Shown: one piece after another, positions 18,802 to 27,236 of the stretch
How positions within the stretch are numbered: position 1 is the stretch's first letter
How the letters are laid out: each line of letters begins with the position of its first letter
Assembly: GCA_023137615.1 (NCBI GenBank)
Contig: JAGLOS010000003.1
Coordinates: forward strand, 1-39,812
Length of the DNA: 39,812 bases
Direction of reading: 5' to 3'
Source of the DNA: Minisyncoccota bacterium
GTDB taxonomy: Bacteria > Patescibacteriota > Minisyncoccia > Phycocordibacterales > JAGLOS01
Notes under the pieces: generated by a model
The model's input: the letters and a program-made list of their open reading frames with translations, nothing else
The model's database searches: none
What the model was told of the DNA's origin: nothing
Program-made: the position numbers and the translations under genes

Positions 18802-19755
18802 CTAGAGTATCTCGAATAGATTGAGAATAAAGAGCGCGTAAAAAAGTAAAAACATCATACCTTCCCAACGATAGATCGTTTTTGAAATACCGGAAATGAT
18901 AAATATAAAAGTGGCAAGTGCCATTGCTGGGACACCATAGACAAACGTCTTTTCATCGATCGGCAAAAAATGAGAAGATGTTATAATGCCCGGAATACCC
19001 ACGACCATGAGCGCGTTAAAAGCATTTGAACCAAAAATATTCCCCACCGCAACCTCGGTCTTACCCGCAAGCGCCGCGCGCATAGAAACAATAATTTCCG
19101 GCAAAGAAGTACCAAAAGCAATCGCAGTAATAGAGATGATACCCGGCGCTATATCAGTCAATATGGATATTTCCACCACCGCATCAATGAGATACTTCGC
19201 GCCAACAAGCAGCCCGACAACTCCTATGATGAGTTTTCCGGCATCAAGCATCATAACCTTATCGGGTCGCCCAAAGGAAAAGGCACTTTTCGACTCATCA
19301 CCCTCACCGCTGTAAATAGTATAAAAAATATATATAAAATACGCTGCGATCAAAAAGAACGCTTCGCCAGATGTAACCACTTTGTCATATACCACAGACA
19401 AAAAGATGGACGTTGAAATAGCGAGCATGGGAAGCTCTGAATCGATAAGGTTTTTCGATACAGTAAGTCTTTTGGTAACAAGGGCGGAAAGACCGATCAC
19501 TAACAAAATATTTGCAATATTCGAACCGACAGCGTTGGCGACCACTACCTCGGGTACTTCTTTTAACACCGCCGCAAGACTTGATATAAGTTCCGGAAGC
19601 GACGTACCAAGACCAACAATAAGAACCCCCACCACAAAAGAAGAAAGTCCCATGCGCAATCCGATCTTTTCGGCCGCATCCAAAAGCCAATCAGCCCCCT
19701 TGATCAATATTATAAGCGCACCAATAAATACAAGTATCCAAATCCCTAATTCCAT
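18802..19755 (-). CDS. Ca2+/Na+ (CaCA, YrbG-like) antiporter
   Basis: Two alpha repeats GTSLPE...GSN; about 10 TM helices. Confidence 0.92.
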   Translation of the reverse strand: MELGIWILVFIGALIILIKGADWLLDAAEKIGLRMGLSSFVVGVLIVGLGTSLPELISSLAAVLKEVPEVVVANAVGSNIANILLVIGLSALVTKRLTVSKNLIDSELPMLAISTSIFLSVVYDKVVTSGEAFFLIAAYFIYIFYTIYSGEGDESKSAFSFGRPDKVMMLDAGKLIIGVVGLLVGAKYLIDAVVEISILTDIAPGIISITAIAFGTSLPEIIVSMRAALAGKTEVAVGNIFGSNAFNALMVVGIPGIITSSHFLPIDEKTFVYGVPAMALATFIFIISGISKTIYRWEGMMFLLFYALFILNLFEIL

Positions 19756-19883
19756 AGAACCTTTATTTTACACTAAAAACTCCAATTACTAAAATACTTC
19801 GACCGTGCTTTTTTCATTTCAACATCCGCAGACTCAACAATAACCGCATGAAACTGAAGACCACTAAGAAAATACTTAAAAAT

Positions 19884-19911
19884 TTGACAAATTTCTTAAA
19901 AAATGTATTAT
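19884..19911 (+). promoter_or_regulatory. sigma70-type promoter for the 20022 gene
   Basis: TTGACA-16 nt-TATTAT. Confidence 0.55.
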
Positions 19912-20021
19912 TTTCCTCAGTCAGCTGTTTGGCAAAAACTCAGCGATGCTGAGGTAGTTTATTAAGTAACACTTATTAACACCTCCGGCATATCAAGCTG
20001 GAGTAAATAAAATTTATAATT

Positions 20022-20516
20022 ATGTTTAATTTTTTAAAATTTTTATTCACGTCTGAGAAATCGTTCCAAGACAAGATGCATGAAACTTTGCTGCAAGAAA
20101 ATGTCCTGTTAAAACAAGCTCATGAGCATATGAAAGCTTATCACAATTATTGCTTAGAGGCAGAAGACGCCTCTACAAACTTACGAGGGAAAAGCGGGGA
20201 AAAAGATAAAGCAAAAGCAGAACTTGACGGGGCTCAAGCTAGATACGCTACCGTCTGCAAAGAGCGTGCGGAAGCTAAAAAACGTCATGAGACAAGCTGT
20301 GAAAATTGCGATTTTCACCTTTCTACGGCAAATTACAAAGAAAAGGAAGTGAGCAAAAATAATCTGATAGTTTCTGCTCTTAAAAAACTCAAAGACCTTA
20401 AGCAAAAACGTCGAGAGACACAAGAAACAATAAGAAAGGGACGTGAGACACTCTCTGGGATCAATCCAGCTGTCTCCAAAGCTTACTCACAACTGGCGCA
20501 GGCCAGTAGCGAATAA
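20022..20516 (+). CDS. hypothetical coiled-coil protein
   Basis: 164-aa ORF with its own promoter and terminator; K/E/A-rich helical sequence. Confidence 0.7.
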   Translation: MFNFLKFLFTSEKSFQDKMHETLLQENVLLKQAHEHMKAYHNYCLEAEDASTNLRGKSGEKDKAKAELDGAQARYATVCKERAEAKKRHETSCENCDFHLSTANYKEKEVSKNNLIVSALKKLKDLKQKRRETQETIRKGRETLSGINPAVSKAYSQLAQASSE

Positions 20517-20550
20517 AATAAACATGAGTCAAACAACGAAACAACTAATT

Positions 20551-20572
20551 AAAAGCTCCTTGCGGAGCTTTT
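20551..20572. terminator. intrinsic terminator
   Basis: AAAAGCTCC-TTGC-GGAGCTTTT. Confidence 0.75.
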
Positions 20573-20612
20573 ATTTTATCAATAATTATCACGATTAAAA
20601 CCGCACGCAACC

Positions 20613-20638
20613 AAAAAGCGCGTCTGAACGCGCCTTTT
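20613..20638 (-). terminator. intrinsic terminator of the SPFH gene
   Basis: GCGCGT/ACGCGC stem flanked by A and T runs. Confidence 0.6.
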
Positions 20639-20659
20639 AGTTGTCCATAATTAATAATT

Positions 20660-21670
20660 TTATATCCCTCTCAAAAGAGGTAGGTCATATGGTACATATA
20701 TCGTACCTTCTCTGTTCTCAAGATTTTGAATATACAAATATTGCAAGTACCTGTCTGTAAGACTCTGGTTAATAATGGACTGCGCATCACGCTGCCCTGC
20801 CGCTTCAATCCGTTTTCGGTCCGCCTCCTTTTCTTCTTTTTGAAGCACAAAATCATATTTCTGCGCTTCCTGTTCCGCGGTTAATTTATCTTCAATAGCT
20901 CCGGTTAACATTGCCGGCAAGATCACATTCCGCAAAAGAACTGTTTCGATCTCAATCCCACGCGGACCGATATTCTCGACCATAATGGTTTTTATTTTCT
21001 CTACCGCCTCTTCCCTCTTTTCCGAATAAATATCTTTTGCCTCATACAAAGCGATCACCTCACGTATCGCACTGCGCACTTCGGGACGTATGATCTTCTC
21101 TTCATAATTCACACCAATATTACGATAAACATCAGACGCTTCACCTTCCATAAGATGATAAAGCACTGTTATATCCAACGCCACTTTCAAACCTTCTTTT
21201 GTTAACGCTTCAATAGAATCGTCCCCGGTACGCTGACCTTCCTTTGGCGCGATACTCATCGTGTATTGCTCCGTGCGAATACTCATCAGACGAATAGAGG
21301 CGAATGGATTGATAAGATGGATACCCGACGACACCTCTTTGTCTCGAACTTTTCCAAAGAGATGGTACACTCCTGTCTGACCGGCAGGAATGATCACTAT
21401 CATGTTTGCCAACAACACAACACCAAGAACAACAAGGACGACCATACCCGAAGTATGTGTCACTTTCCTCTTGAATTCTTCAAAACTAAAATTTCCCATA
21501 GAAGTTGTTTGATTAGGATTAATAATCTTTACTCTACTGTCTTGTTTTATAAAATAATATGCGATACTGCCAATAATGAGAAGCGGCAACAGCAACTGCA
21601 AGCCACCCATGATAAACACTATCGCTACCCCCGCTATCAGCATCGACACAAGGTCTTGATCATTCTTCAT
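20660..21670 (-). CDS. SPFH/prohibitin (band 7) family membrane protein
   Basis: N-terminal TMs, GIHLINPF, TKEGLKVALDITV, IIRPEVRSAIR, AIEDKLTAEQEAQ, EADRKRIEAAG. Confidence 0.9.
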   Translation of the reverse strand: MKNDQDLVSMLIAGVAIVFIMGGLQLLLPLLIIGSIAYYFIKQDSRVKIINPNQTTSMGNFSFEEFKRKVTHTSGMVVLVVLGVVLLANMIVIIPAGQTGVYHLFGKVRDKEVSSGIHLINPFASIRLMSIRTEQYTMSIAPKEGQRTGDDSIEALTKEGLKVALDITVLYHLMEGEASDVYRNIGVNYEEKIIRPEVRSAIREVIALYEAKDIYSEKREEAVEKIKTIMVENIGPRGIEIETVLLRNVILPAMLTGAIEDKLTAEQEAQKYDFVLQKEEKEADRKRIEAAGQRDAQSIINQSLTDRYLQYLYIQNLENREGTIYVPYDLPLLRGI

Positions 21671-21722
21671 ATGAACGTATTATAACACCTTTTTAACCAA
21701 TCTGTGTGCCAAAAACAAGGTA

Positions 21723-22202
21723 TTATCTCTTTACAGTTATGTCGATCTCGACCGGTATGCGCCGTATTTCCATATAATCGGTTTCTCCTACATCTTTCAT
21801 GCGTACAACAATATAGTACGTGCCGCTTTTTGTGACCGGCAAGCCATTCAACGCCGCGATCATACGTAAATTTATCAAATTTTTGGGAAAAGCAAGAGAC
21901 CCTTCCGCCTTGCTACCGAGAACCTTATTGTCAGGATCAACAACAAGTAATTGAAAATTAAAACTAAGATCCGTGCCCTCTTCTTTGCGGTAAAAATGTG
22001 AAACTACACGGAGGTTGATCGGCGTCGTGTACCAACCGATCTTTTCCTTTTTCTTTTCAATATCCACATTGGCGGTGATAGTAATCTTTAGGCGCTCAAT
22101 GATATTTATAAGACTGATGCCATTGGTGTCTTTATCGACAATGGTTGAGCTGCATACGATACTCCACAACGGGTCTATTTTGTTTAAAATATTTGTTGTC
22201 AT
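21723..22202 (-). CDS. hypothetical beta-rich protein
   Basis: 159-aa ORF with TATAGT 8 nt upstream; C...IVDKDTNGISLINI N-terminal motif; beta-sandwich-like composition. Confidence 0.7.
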   Translation of the reverse strand: MTTNILNKIDPLWSIVCSSTIVDKDTNGISLINIIERLKITITANVDIEKKKEKIGWYTTPINLRVVSHFYRKEEGTDLSFNFQLLVVDPDNKVLGSKAEGSLAFPKNLINLRMIAALNGLPVTKSGTYYIVVRMKDVGETDYMEIRRIPVEIDITVKR

Positions 22203-22300
22203 ATGCTGTTACTATACTACCTTTTACCAGTTATACAAAATACACCTCCGCCGGAATAATGACATAGGATCGGATGCCCGAATAAACCTATTTTCAAAAC

Positions 22301-23962
22301 TTACCCCTTTTTACCCTTTTTTTGTCTATGGTCGGAATAATTACCTAAATATTTTGTCACTTTACCGTTTTCTATTTCCCAGATGACACTACAGACCTCA
22401 TCAAGAATATATCTGTCATGCGAAACTATCATGATAGGACCGTTGAAGTTCTTCAAAACTCCGGCAATAATACTTTTGCTCTCCAGATCCAAATGATTGG
22501 TCGGCTCATCTAAAAATAGCATGTTGACATGCCCAAGAATCAACTCGGCAATTGCGACTCGCGCGCGTTCCCCACCGCTTAATTCACTGATCAATTTGTA
22601 AACATCTTGCCCTGAAAAAAGAAGCGCTCCCAAAATACTCCTGACCTTGTTTTCATTGTCGTCAGTTTTTGATTCCACCTCCTCCAAAATGGTTTTATTT
22701 GGGTCGAGATCTTCGTGTGCTTGAGCATAATAACCAACTTTAACTTCATTGGAAAACTCAATCTTGCCTTGAGTAACCTCTTTTTTACTGATCAATGTTT
22801 TTAGAAGAGTTGATTTCCCGGCACCGTTTTGACCGATTATTCCTATTTTGTCTTCTTTTTCTATTTCCCATTTGCCTTTAAAGGTCGCCAAAGGCATATC
22901 TTTTTTGCCGAAAGCCAAGTCTTCAATTTCTAAAACCCTGTGTGGCAAACGAGGAAATTCATCAAATTTAATTCTGATCTTTTTTCCGTCTTTTTCTCCT
23001 TTTTCTACCTTTTCAATTTTATCAAGCATTTTTATTCTGCTTTGCACCGCTTTTGCTTTCGTGGCTTTAGCCCTGAAACGATCAATAAACTCTTGCTGTT
23101 TACCTAGATATTTTTCCTGCTTTTTATATATTGCTTCCTCTCCTTCTCTCCTTTTCTTTTTTTCTTCAAGATATCCCGAATAATTGCAATAATATTTTTC
23201 CAAACCATTCTTAGTTAATTCAAAAGTTTTATCGAAAACCAAATTCAAAAAATACTCGTCATGAGAAACGGCAATGATCGTCATATCGGAATCAACCAAA
23301 ACATTTTCTAGCCAAATAATAGTTTCCAGATCCAAGTGATTGGTCGGCTCATCGAGGATTAAAATATTCGGCTGACACAAGACGATCTTTGCTAAAGCGA
23401 GCCGCGTTCTCTCTCCTCCACTCAAAGACCTTACGGTTCTCTTCCAATCCTTTTCGGGAAAACCAAATTCCCTCAGGATCTTCTCTGTCGATATTTCATA
23501 TTTATATCCTTTGTTCTTTTCGTACTTCTGCACAACTTTTTCATATTTGTTTACATTTTCTTCTGAGTCTCCGTCCTTTGTTTCAAAAACCAAATGTTCA
23601 TATTCTTTCTTTTTATTTATCAGATCAAATATCTCATTGTCCGCAGACTTCATCTCGGTTATTATTTCATTATCAAGCGAACCCCAGTTTGTTTCCTGCG
23701 GCAAATAACCTATCTTAAGATTTTTATTTCTGTCGACACTTCCCTCATCACAATCCACTGTTCCTACGATCATTTTCAACAAAGCACTCTTCCCCGTTCC
23801 GTTGGGTCCCACAATAGCGATACGGTCTTTTTGCTGCACCATAAGATCAACCCCGGAAAAAATTTCTCTATTGGAAAAACTTTTGGACACCCCGCTCAAA
23901 ATAAGCAAGGGGTTTTTAAGAGGAGCTGAATTTGATCTTAATTTGATTTTATATTTTGTCAT
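22301..23962 (-). CDS. ABC-F family ribosome-associated ATPase
   Basis: Two ABC domains (GPNGTGKS, GQNGAGKS, LSGGE x2, LDEPTNHLD x2), interdomain linker FIDRFRAKATKAKAVQSR, no TMs. Confidence 0.95.
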   Translation of the reverse strand: MTKYKIKLRSNSAPLKNPLLILSGVSKSFSNREIFSGVDLMVQQKDRIAIVGPNGTGKSALLKMIVGTVDCDEGSVDRNKNLKIGYLPQETNWGSLDNEIITEMKSADNEIFDLINKKKEYEHLVFETKDGDSEENVNKYEKVVQKYEKNKGYKYEISTEKILREFGFPEKDWKRTVRSLSGGERTRLALAKIVLCQPNILILDEPTNHLDLETIIWLENVLVDSDMTIIAVSHDEYFLNLVFDKTFELTKNGLEKYYCNYSGYLEEKKKRREGEEAIYKKQEKYLGKQQEFIDRFRAKATKAKAVQSRIKMLDKIEKVEKGEKDGKKIRIKFDEFPRLPHRVLEIEDLAFGKKDMPLATFKGKWEIEKEDKIGIIGQNGAGKSTLLKTLISKKEVTQGKIEFSNEVKVGYYAQAHEDLDPNKTILEEVESKTDDNENKVRSILGALLFSGQDVYKLISELSGGERARVAIAELILGHVNMLFLDEPTNHLDLESKSIIAGVLKNFNGPIMIVSHDRYILDEVCSVIWEIENGKVTKYLGNYSDHRQKKGKKG

Positions 23963-24067
23963 ATTTTAAATAAGTTAATTTTTCCACAAAAAAATCTACT
24001 GTTCAAATGGACTATTTTTAAACTTCTTTTTGCCTTATACTTTAGGCAAAATTTAAAAACACTCCAC

Positions 24068-24157
24068 CTAATCAGTAGATTTCGCAACAAAAATAACAGC
24101 AGATCCGGCAATCTCCTTCATGTAAATATTATCCAGTTTTAGGTCGTTGTTACTCAT
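24068..24157 (-). CDS. putative leader peptide (uORF, 29 aa) of the ABC-F gene
   Basis: MSNNDLKLDNIYMKEIAGSAVIFVAKSTD*, between a promoter and an attenuator-like stem. Confidence 0.45.
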   Translation of the reverse strand: MSNNDLKLDNIYMKEIAGSAVIFVAKSTD

Positions 24158-24173
24158 AAATTTATTCAACCTT

Positions 24174-24202
24174 AATTTACCAGAGTATTATCGACACGTC
24201 AA
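24174..24202 (-). promoter_or_regulatory. sigma70-type promoter of the ABC-F leader
   Basis: TTGACG-17 nt-TAAATT with TG extension. Confidence 0.55.
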
Positions 24203-24315
24203 CGTCAAACCGCTACATTTTTATAAAGGTGTGGGATTTGATGTATTAGACTTAGAGCTTTAACTAACCCACTTTTTGCGCATTATTCGCTAAAAGATGC
24301 TAAAATGCAGACAAC

Positions 24316-24969
24316 ATGAATGAATTAACAGATCAACTCATAGAGTCCGGTATTCTTCATTCACCTAAGATCATTGATGCGTTTCGCAATATTGATCGCA
24401 AAGATTTTGTTTTGGATATATACAAAACATTAGCATACGAAGATCGTCCTTTGCCGATCGAACACGATCAGACCATCTCACAACCAACAACCGTCGCTTT
24501 TATGCTTGAGCTTTTGGCACCGCATGAAGGAAATATTATACTTGATATCGGTTCCGGCTCCGGCTGGCAGAGCGCGCTTCTTGCAAATATTGTAGGTCCG
24601 AAAGGTCGCGTCTTTGCCATTGAGATCGTTCCTGAACTAAAAACATTCGGAGAGAAAAACATTGAAAAGTATAATTTTATAAAGTCCGGTGTTGTCACTT
24701 GTTTATCTTTGAACGCGCAAAATGGACTTACGGAAAAAGCGCCGTTCGATAGGATCATCGGCGCAGCATCTGCCGAAAAAGTACCGCCGGCGTGGAAAAA
24801 ACAACTAAAAGTCGGAGGAAAAATAGTAACCCCCGTAAAAGAATCCATCTACCTTATCGAAAAGAAAAATGAGAATGAATTTAAAGAAAAAGAATTTCCC
24901 GGATTTCTTTTTGTGCCTTTTGTGGAAAAACAAAAAAGAACTTCACCACACAAAGAAGACATCAACTAA
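24316..24969 (+). CDS. pcm: protein-L-isoaspartate O-methyltransferase
   Basis: AYEDRPLPI, QTISQP, LDIGSGSGW, APFDRI, FVPF. Confidence 0.95.
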   Translation: MNELTDQLIESGILHSPKIIDAFRNIDRKDFVLDIYKTLAYEDRPLPIEHDQTISQPTTVAFMLELLAPHEGNIILDIGSGSGWQSALLANIVGPKGRVFAIEIVPELKTFGEKNIEKYNFIKSGVVTCLSLNAQNGLTEKAPFDRIIGAASAEKVPPAWKKQLKVGGKIVTPVKESIYLIEKKNENEFKEKEFPGFLFVPFVEKQKRTSPHKEDIN

Positions 24970-24993
24970 ACTTTTTTAAAATTTTTACAACCT

Positions 24994-25713
24994 CTATTTT
25001 TTGAGCTCCTCTACCTCTTTCTCGGTAAGATACATCCACTTACCGCTTGCAAGATTCCCCAGTTTAAGTTTTCCCAATGAAACTCGTTGCAAATACACCA
25101 CATGCTCATCAAGCTCTCTAAACATCATACGCACTTGTCGTTTTTTCCCCTCTGTCAAAACAACTTCAAAAGTATCGTCCCCTACGTGTTTGATTCTCTT
25201 TGCTCTTACCTGCCCGATGTCTTCAATATCCATACCGTCCACAAATACTTTCAAAATCCTCCTTACATTTCTTGCCTGATCTTTCCGCAGTGTCACAATG
25301 TATTTTTTCTCATGCTCATAGCTGGGATGTGTAAGCTCTTGTGTAAGATCTCCATCATTTGTAAGCAACACCAAACCTTGCGAATCTTTGTCGAGCCGAC
25401 CAACAATATGCAATGACATATTTTTCCAAACTTTTTGAGGCAACAAACTATATACATTCTTTTCATCTTTGAAGCTTTTGGTTGTACAAGTATAACCCGT
25501 CGGCTTGTTCATTTTTATATATACCTTCTTTTTTTCAGAACCAATGATCTTTCCGCCGATCTTCACCTCGTCGTGTTCATCTACTTTCATACCAAGTACA
25601 GCCAACTTTCCATTAACATACACGCCTCTGCCGTTACCGATAAGCTCATCCGCCTTGCGCCGGGAACAAAATCCCGAATGTGCTATAAATTTTTGTAATC
25701 TTTCTTTTTTCAT
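24994..25713 (-). CDS. RsuA/RluB-family rRNA pseudouridine synthase
   Basis: S4 domain RLQKFIA..SRRKADELI, VGRLDKDSQGLVLLTNDG, EGKKRQVRMM. Confidence 0.93.
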   Translation of the reverse strand: MKKERLQKFIAHSGFCSRRKADELIGNGRGVYVNGKLAVLGMKVDEHDEVKIGGKIIGSEKKKVYIKMNKPTGYTCTTKSFKDEKNVYSLLPQKVWKNMSLHIVGRLDKDSQGLVLLTNDGDLTQELTHPSYEHEKKYIVTLRKDQARNVRRILKVFVDGMDIEDIGQVRAKRIKHVGDDTFEVVLTEGKKRQVRMMFRELDEHVVYLQRVSLGKLKLGNLASGKWMYLTEKEVEELKK

Positions 25714-25719
25714 AATTAA

Positions 25720-26496
25720 CTATTTAGAATCATCTGCCAACTTTCTTTCTTGGATAGCATTTTGATGCTTTGCACTCCAAGCATATAATGCGATCGCCGC
25801 AGATGCCGCTGCATTGAGTGACTCACATTTTTGATCGATCGGTATGGAAAGCATAATGTCACAAAGATCACGTGTCTTTTCGCGCACACCCTTTGCCTCA
25901 TTACCAAGAACAAACACAGTCGGAGCATCAAATTTTTCATCAGTTACTTTTGTCTCAGCTTCACCTGCAAGTCCATACACCCAAAAACCGCGTTTTTTGA
26001 GGTCTCGAATCGTATCATTGATATTTCCAATAGTTACCAATGGAATTCTAAACGCCATCCCCGCAGAAACTTTTACAACAGCCCCTGTCGCTTGACCTTG
26101 ATTGTGTGACGGCATAAGTACGCCCGACACCCCAAAAGCAGCCGCAGAGCGTATCACCGCACCGATATTTTGCGGATCCTGCAATTCACCCAAGATCACC
26201 AATGACGTGTCTTCCTTTATTTCAAGATCCTTGATAAATTCTTTGTATGGACGCATCAAGCCCTCATTTGCAACAAGCGCCACCACACCTTGATGAGTGG
26301 CTTCACGCAGGTCTTTTCCCAAAGTGGCATCTCCTGAGAGTTTTGATGTCGGCACACCCGTTTCCTTAATAAGAGTCAAAAGCTCCTCATCGTCAATATT
26401 CGACGAAAGAAACACTTTCTTGATCGACTGCGGCGAATGCGCCAACGCCTCGATCAGCGCGTGTTTTCCATAGATATATGTCTTCCTCTCTTTCAT
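25720..26496 (-). CDS. rlmB: 23S rRNA Gm2251 methyltransferase (SpoU family)
   Basis: YGKHALIEAL, HQGVVA, DPQNIGAVIRSA, LGNEAKG, ESLNAA. Confidence 0.9.
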   Translation of the reverse strand: MKERKTYIYGKHALIEALAHSPQSIKKVFLSSNIDDEELLTLIKETGVPTSKLSGDATLGKDLREATHQGVVALVANEGLMRPYKEFIKDLEIKEDTSLVILGELQDPQNIGAVIRSAAAFGVSGVLMPSHNQGQATGAVVKVSAGMAFRIPLVTIGNINDTIRDLKKRGFWVYGLAGEAETKVTDEKFDAPTVFVLGNEAKGVREKTRDLCDIMLSIPIDQKCESLNAAASAAIALYAWSAKHQNAIQERKLADDSK

Positions 26497-26541
26497 GGTA
26501 TCAATTATACTATATCAGATAGAATATATTACAATACATAA

Positions 26542-26585
26542 AAAGAATTAGGTAATTAAAATATGTTTTAATTACCTAATTCTTT
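26542..26585. terminator. 20-bp perfect AT-rich inverted repeat, probable terminator of the tRNA transcript
   Basis: AAAGAATTAGGTAATTAAAA-TATG-TTTTAATTACCTAATTCTTT. Confidence 0.6.
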
Positions 26586-26621
26586 CAGCAGCAGCCATAG
26601 GCGTAAGATGAAATTTCTCTT

Positions 26622-26824
26622 TGTGACTCTACGGGGAGTCGGGGTCAAGTTTCTAAGTATTTTCTTCACTCTTTCAGAGCTCAAAAATACTAAGAACTTC
26701 CTCCCCGGACTCGGCTACAGTTCTCCTTTCGGTCGAACTGGCTTCGCCGCCTCCGTCTTTCGACTCCCCGTAGAGTTCTCAGGCACACGAAAAAATCCAT
26801 CTTTCAGATGGATTTTTGTGCCTG
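26622..26824 (-). ncRNA. structured tRNA-linked element with direct and inverted copies of the tRNA-Glu 3' end
   Basis: 18-bp direct repeat at 26622-26639 = 26823-26840; inverted 17/18 copy at 26759-26776; several GAAA-containing hairpin loops on the minus strand. Confidence 0.7.
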
Positions 26825-26896
26825 TGACTCTACGGGGAGTTGAACCCCGATTGCCGGCTTGAGAAGCCGATGTCCTAACCATTAGACGATAGAGCC
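26825..26896 (-). tRNA. tRNA-Glu (anticodon CTC), CCA not encoded
   Basis: GGCTCTA-TC-GTCT AATGGTTA GGAC-A-TCGGC TT CTC AA GCCGG-CAAT-CGGGG TTCAACT CCCCG-TAGAGTC-A cloverleaf. Confidence 0.97.
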
Positions 26897-26901
26897 GAAA
26901 T

Positions 26902-26943
26902 TAGTTTGTAGTTTGTAGTTTGTAGTTTGTAGTTACTAGTAAA
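26902..26943. repeat. heptamer tandem repeat (TAGTTTG)4 plus 2 degenerate units in the tRNA leader
   Basis: Read directly from the sequence. Confidence 0.9.
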
Positions 26944-26945
26944 AC

Positions 26946-26974
26946 AGAATACCAGATTATTTCAAAAACGTCTA
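26946..26974 (-). promoter_or_regulatory. putative tRNA-Glu promoter
   Basis: TAGACG-17 nt-TATTCT with TG extension. Confidence 0.5.
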
Positions 26975-27051
26975 CACGATCACCTGTAACCACTCACACT
27001 TAACATCAATAATCTGTAAAAAATAAGTCATTACAACTTTGTTCTAATCAT

Positions 27052-27083
27052 AATTCAATGGCTATGGGTATAGCCATTGAATT
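27052..27083. repeat. 14-bp perfect inverted repeat
   Basis: AATTCAATGGCTAT-GGGT-ATAGCCATTGAATT. Confidence 0.75.
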
Positions 27084-27112
27084 GTCCGACCTCCTTCATA
27101 ACAACGGCAAAG

Positions 27113-27210
27113 CCGTCTTTGCGAGCGTTTAGCGTGGCAATCCAGAGTCACAACCACAATACTCTAGACTGCCACGTCACTCCACTGCGTTCCGCTCCTC
27201 GCAGAGACGG
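27113..27210. repeat. REP/RPE-like palindromic element, copy 2 (inverted relative to copy 1)
   Basis: CCGTCTTTGCGAG...GTGGCAATCCAGAGT...ACTCTAGACTGCCAC...CTCGCAGAGACGG; reverse complement aligns to 17809-17914. Confidence 0.8.
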
Positions 27211-27236
27211 GTGGTTTTAGGTGTGAGTGGTTATGA

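Noticed and set aside
26622-26840. Prophage or genomic island between attL and attR
   Set aside because: Only 201 bp separate the repeats and there is no integrase or cargo; kept as a structured mini-element instead.
26608-26862. 84-aa ORF
   Set aside because: Antisense to tRNA-Glu and the structured element; its repeated VTLRGV simply reflects the DNA repeat.
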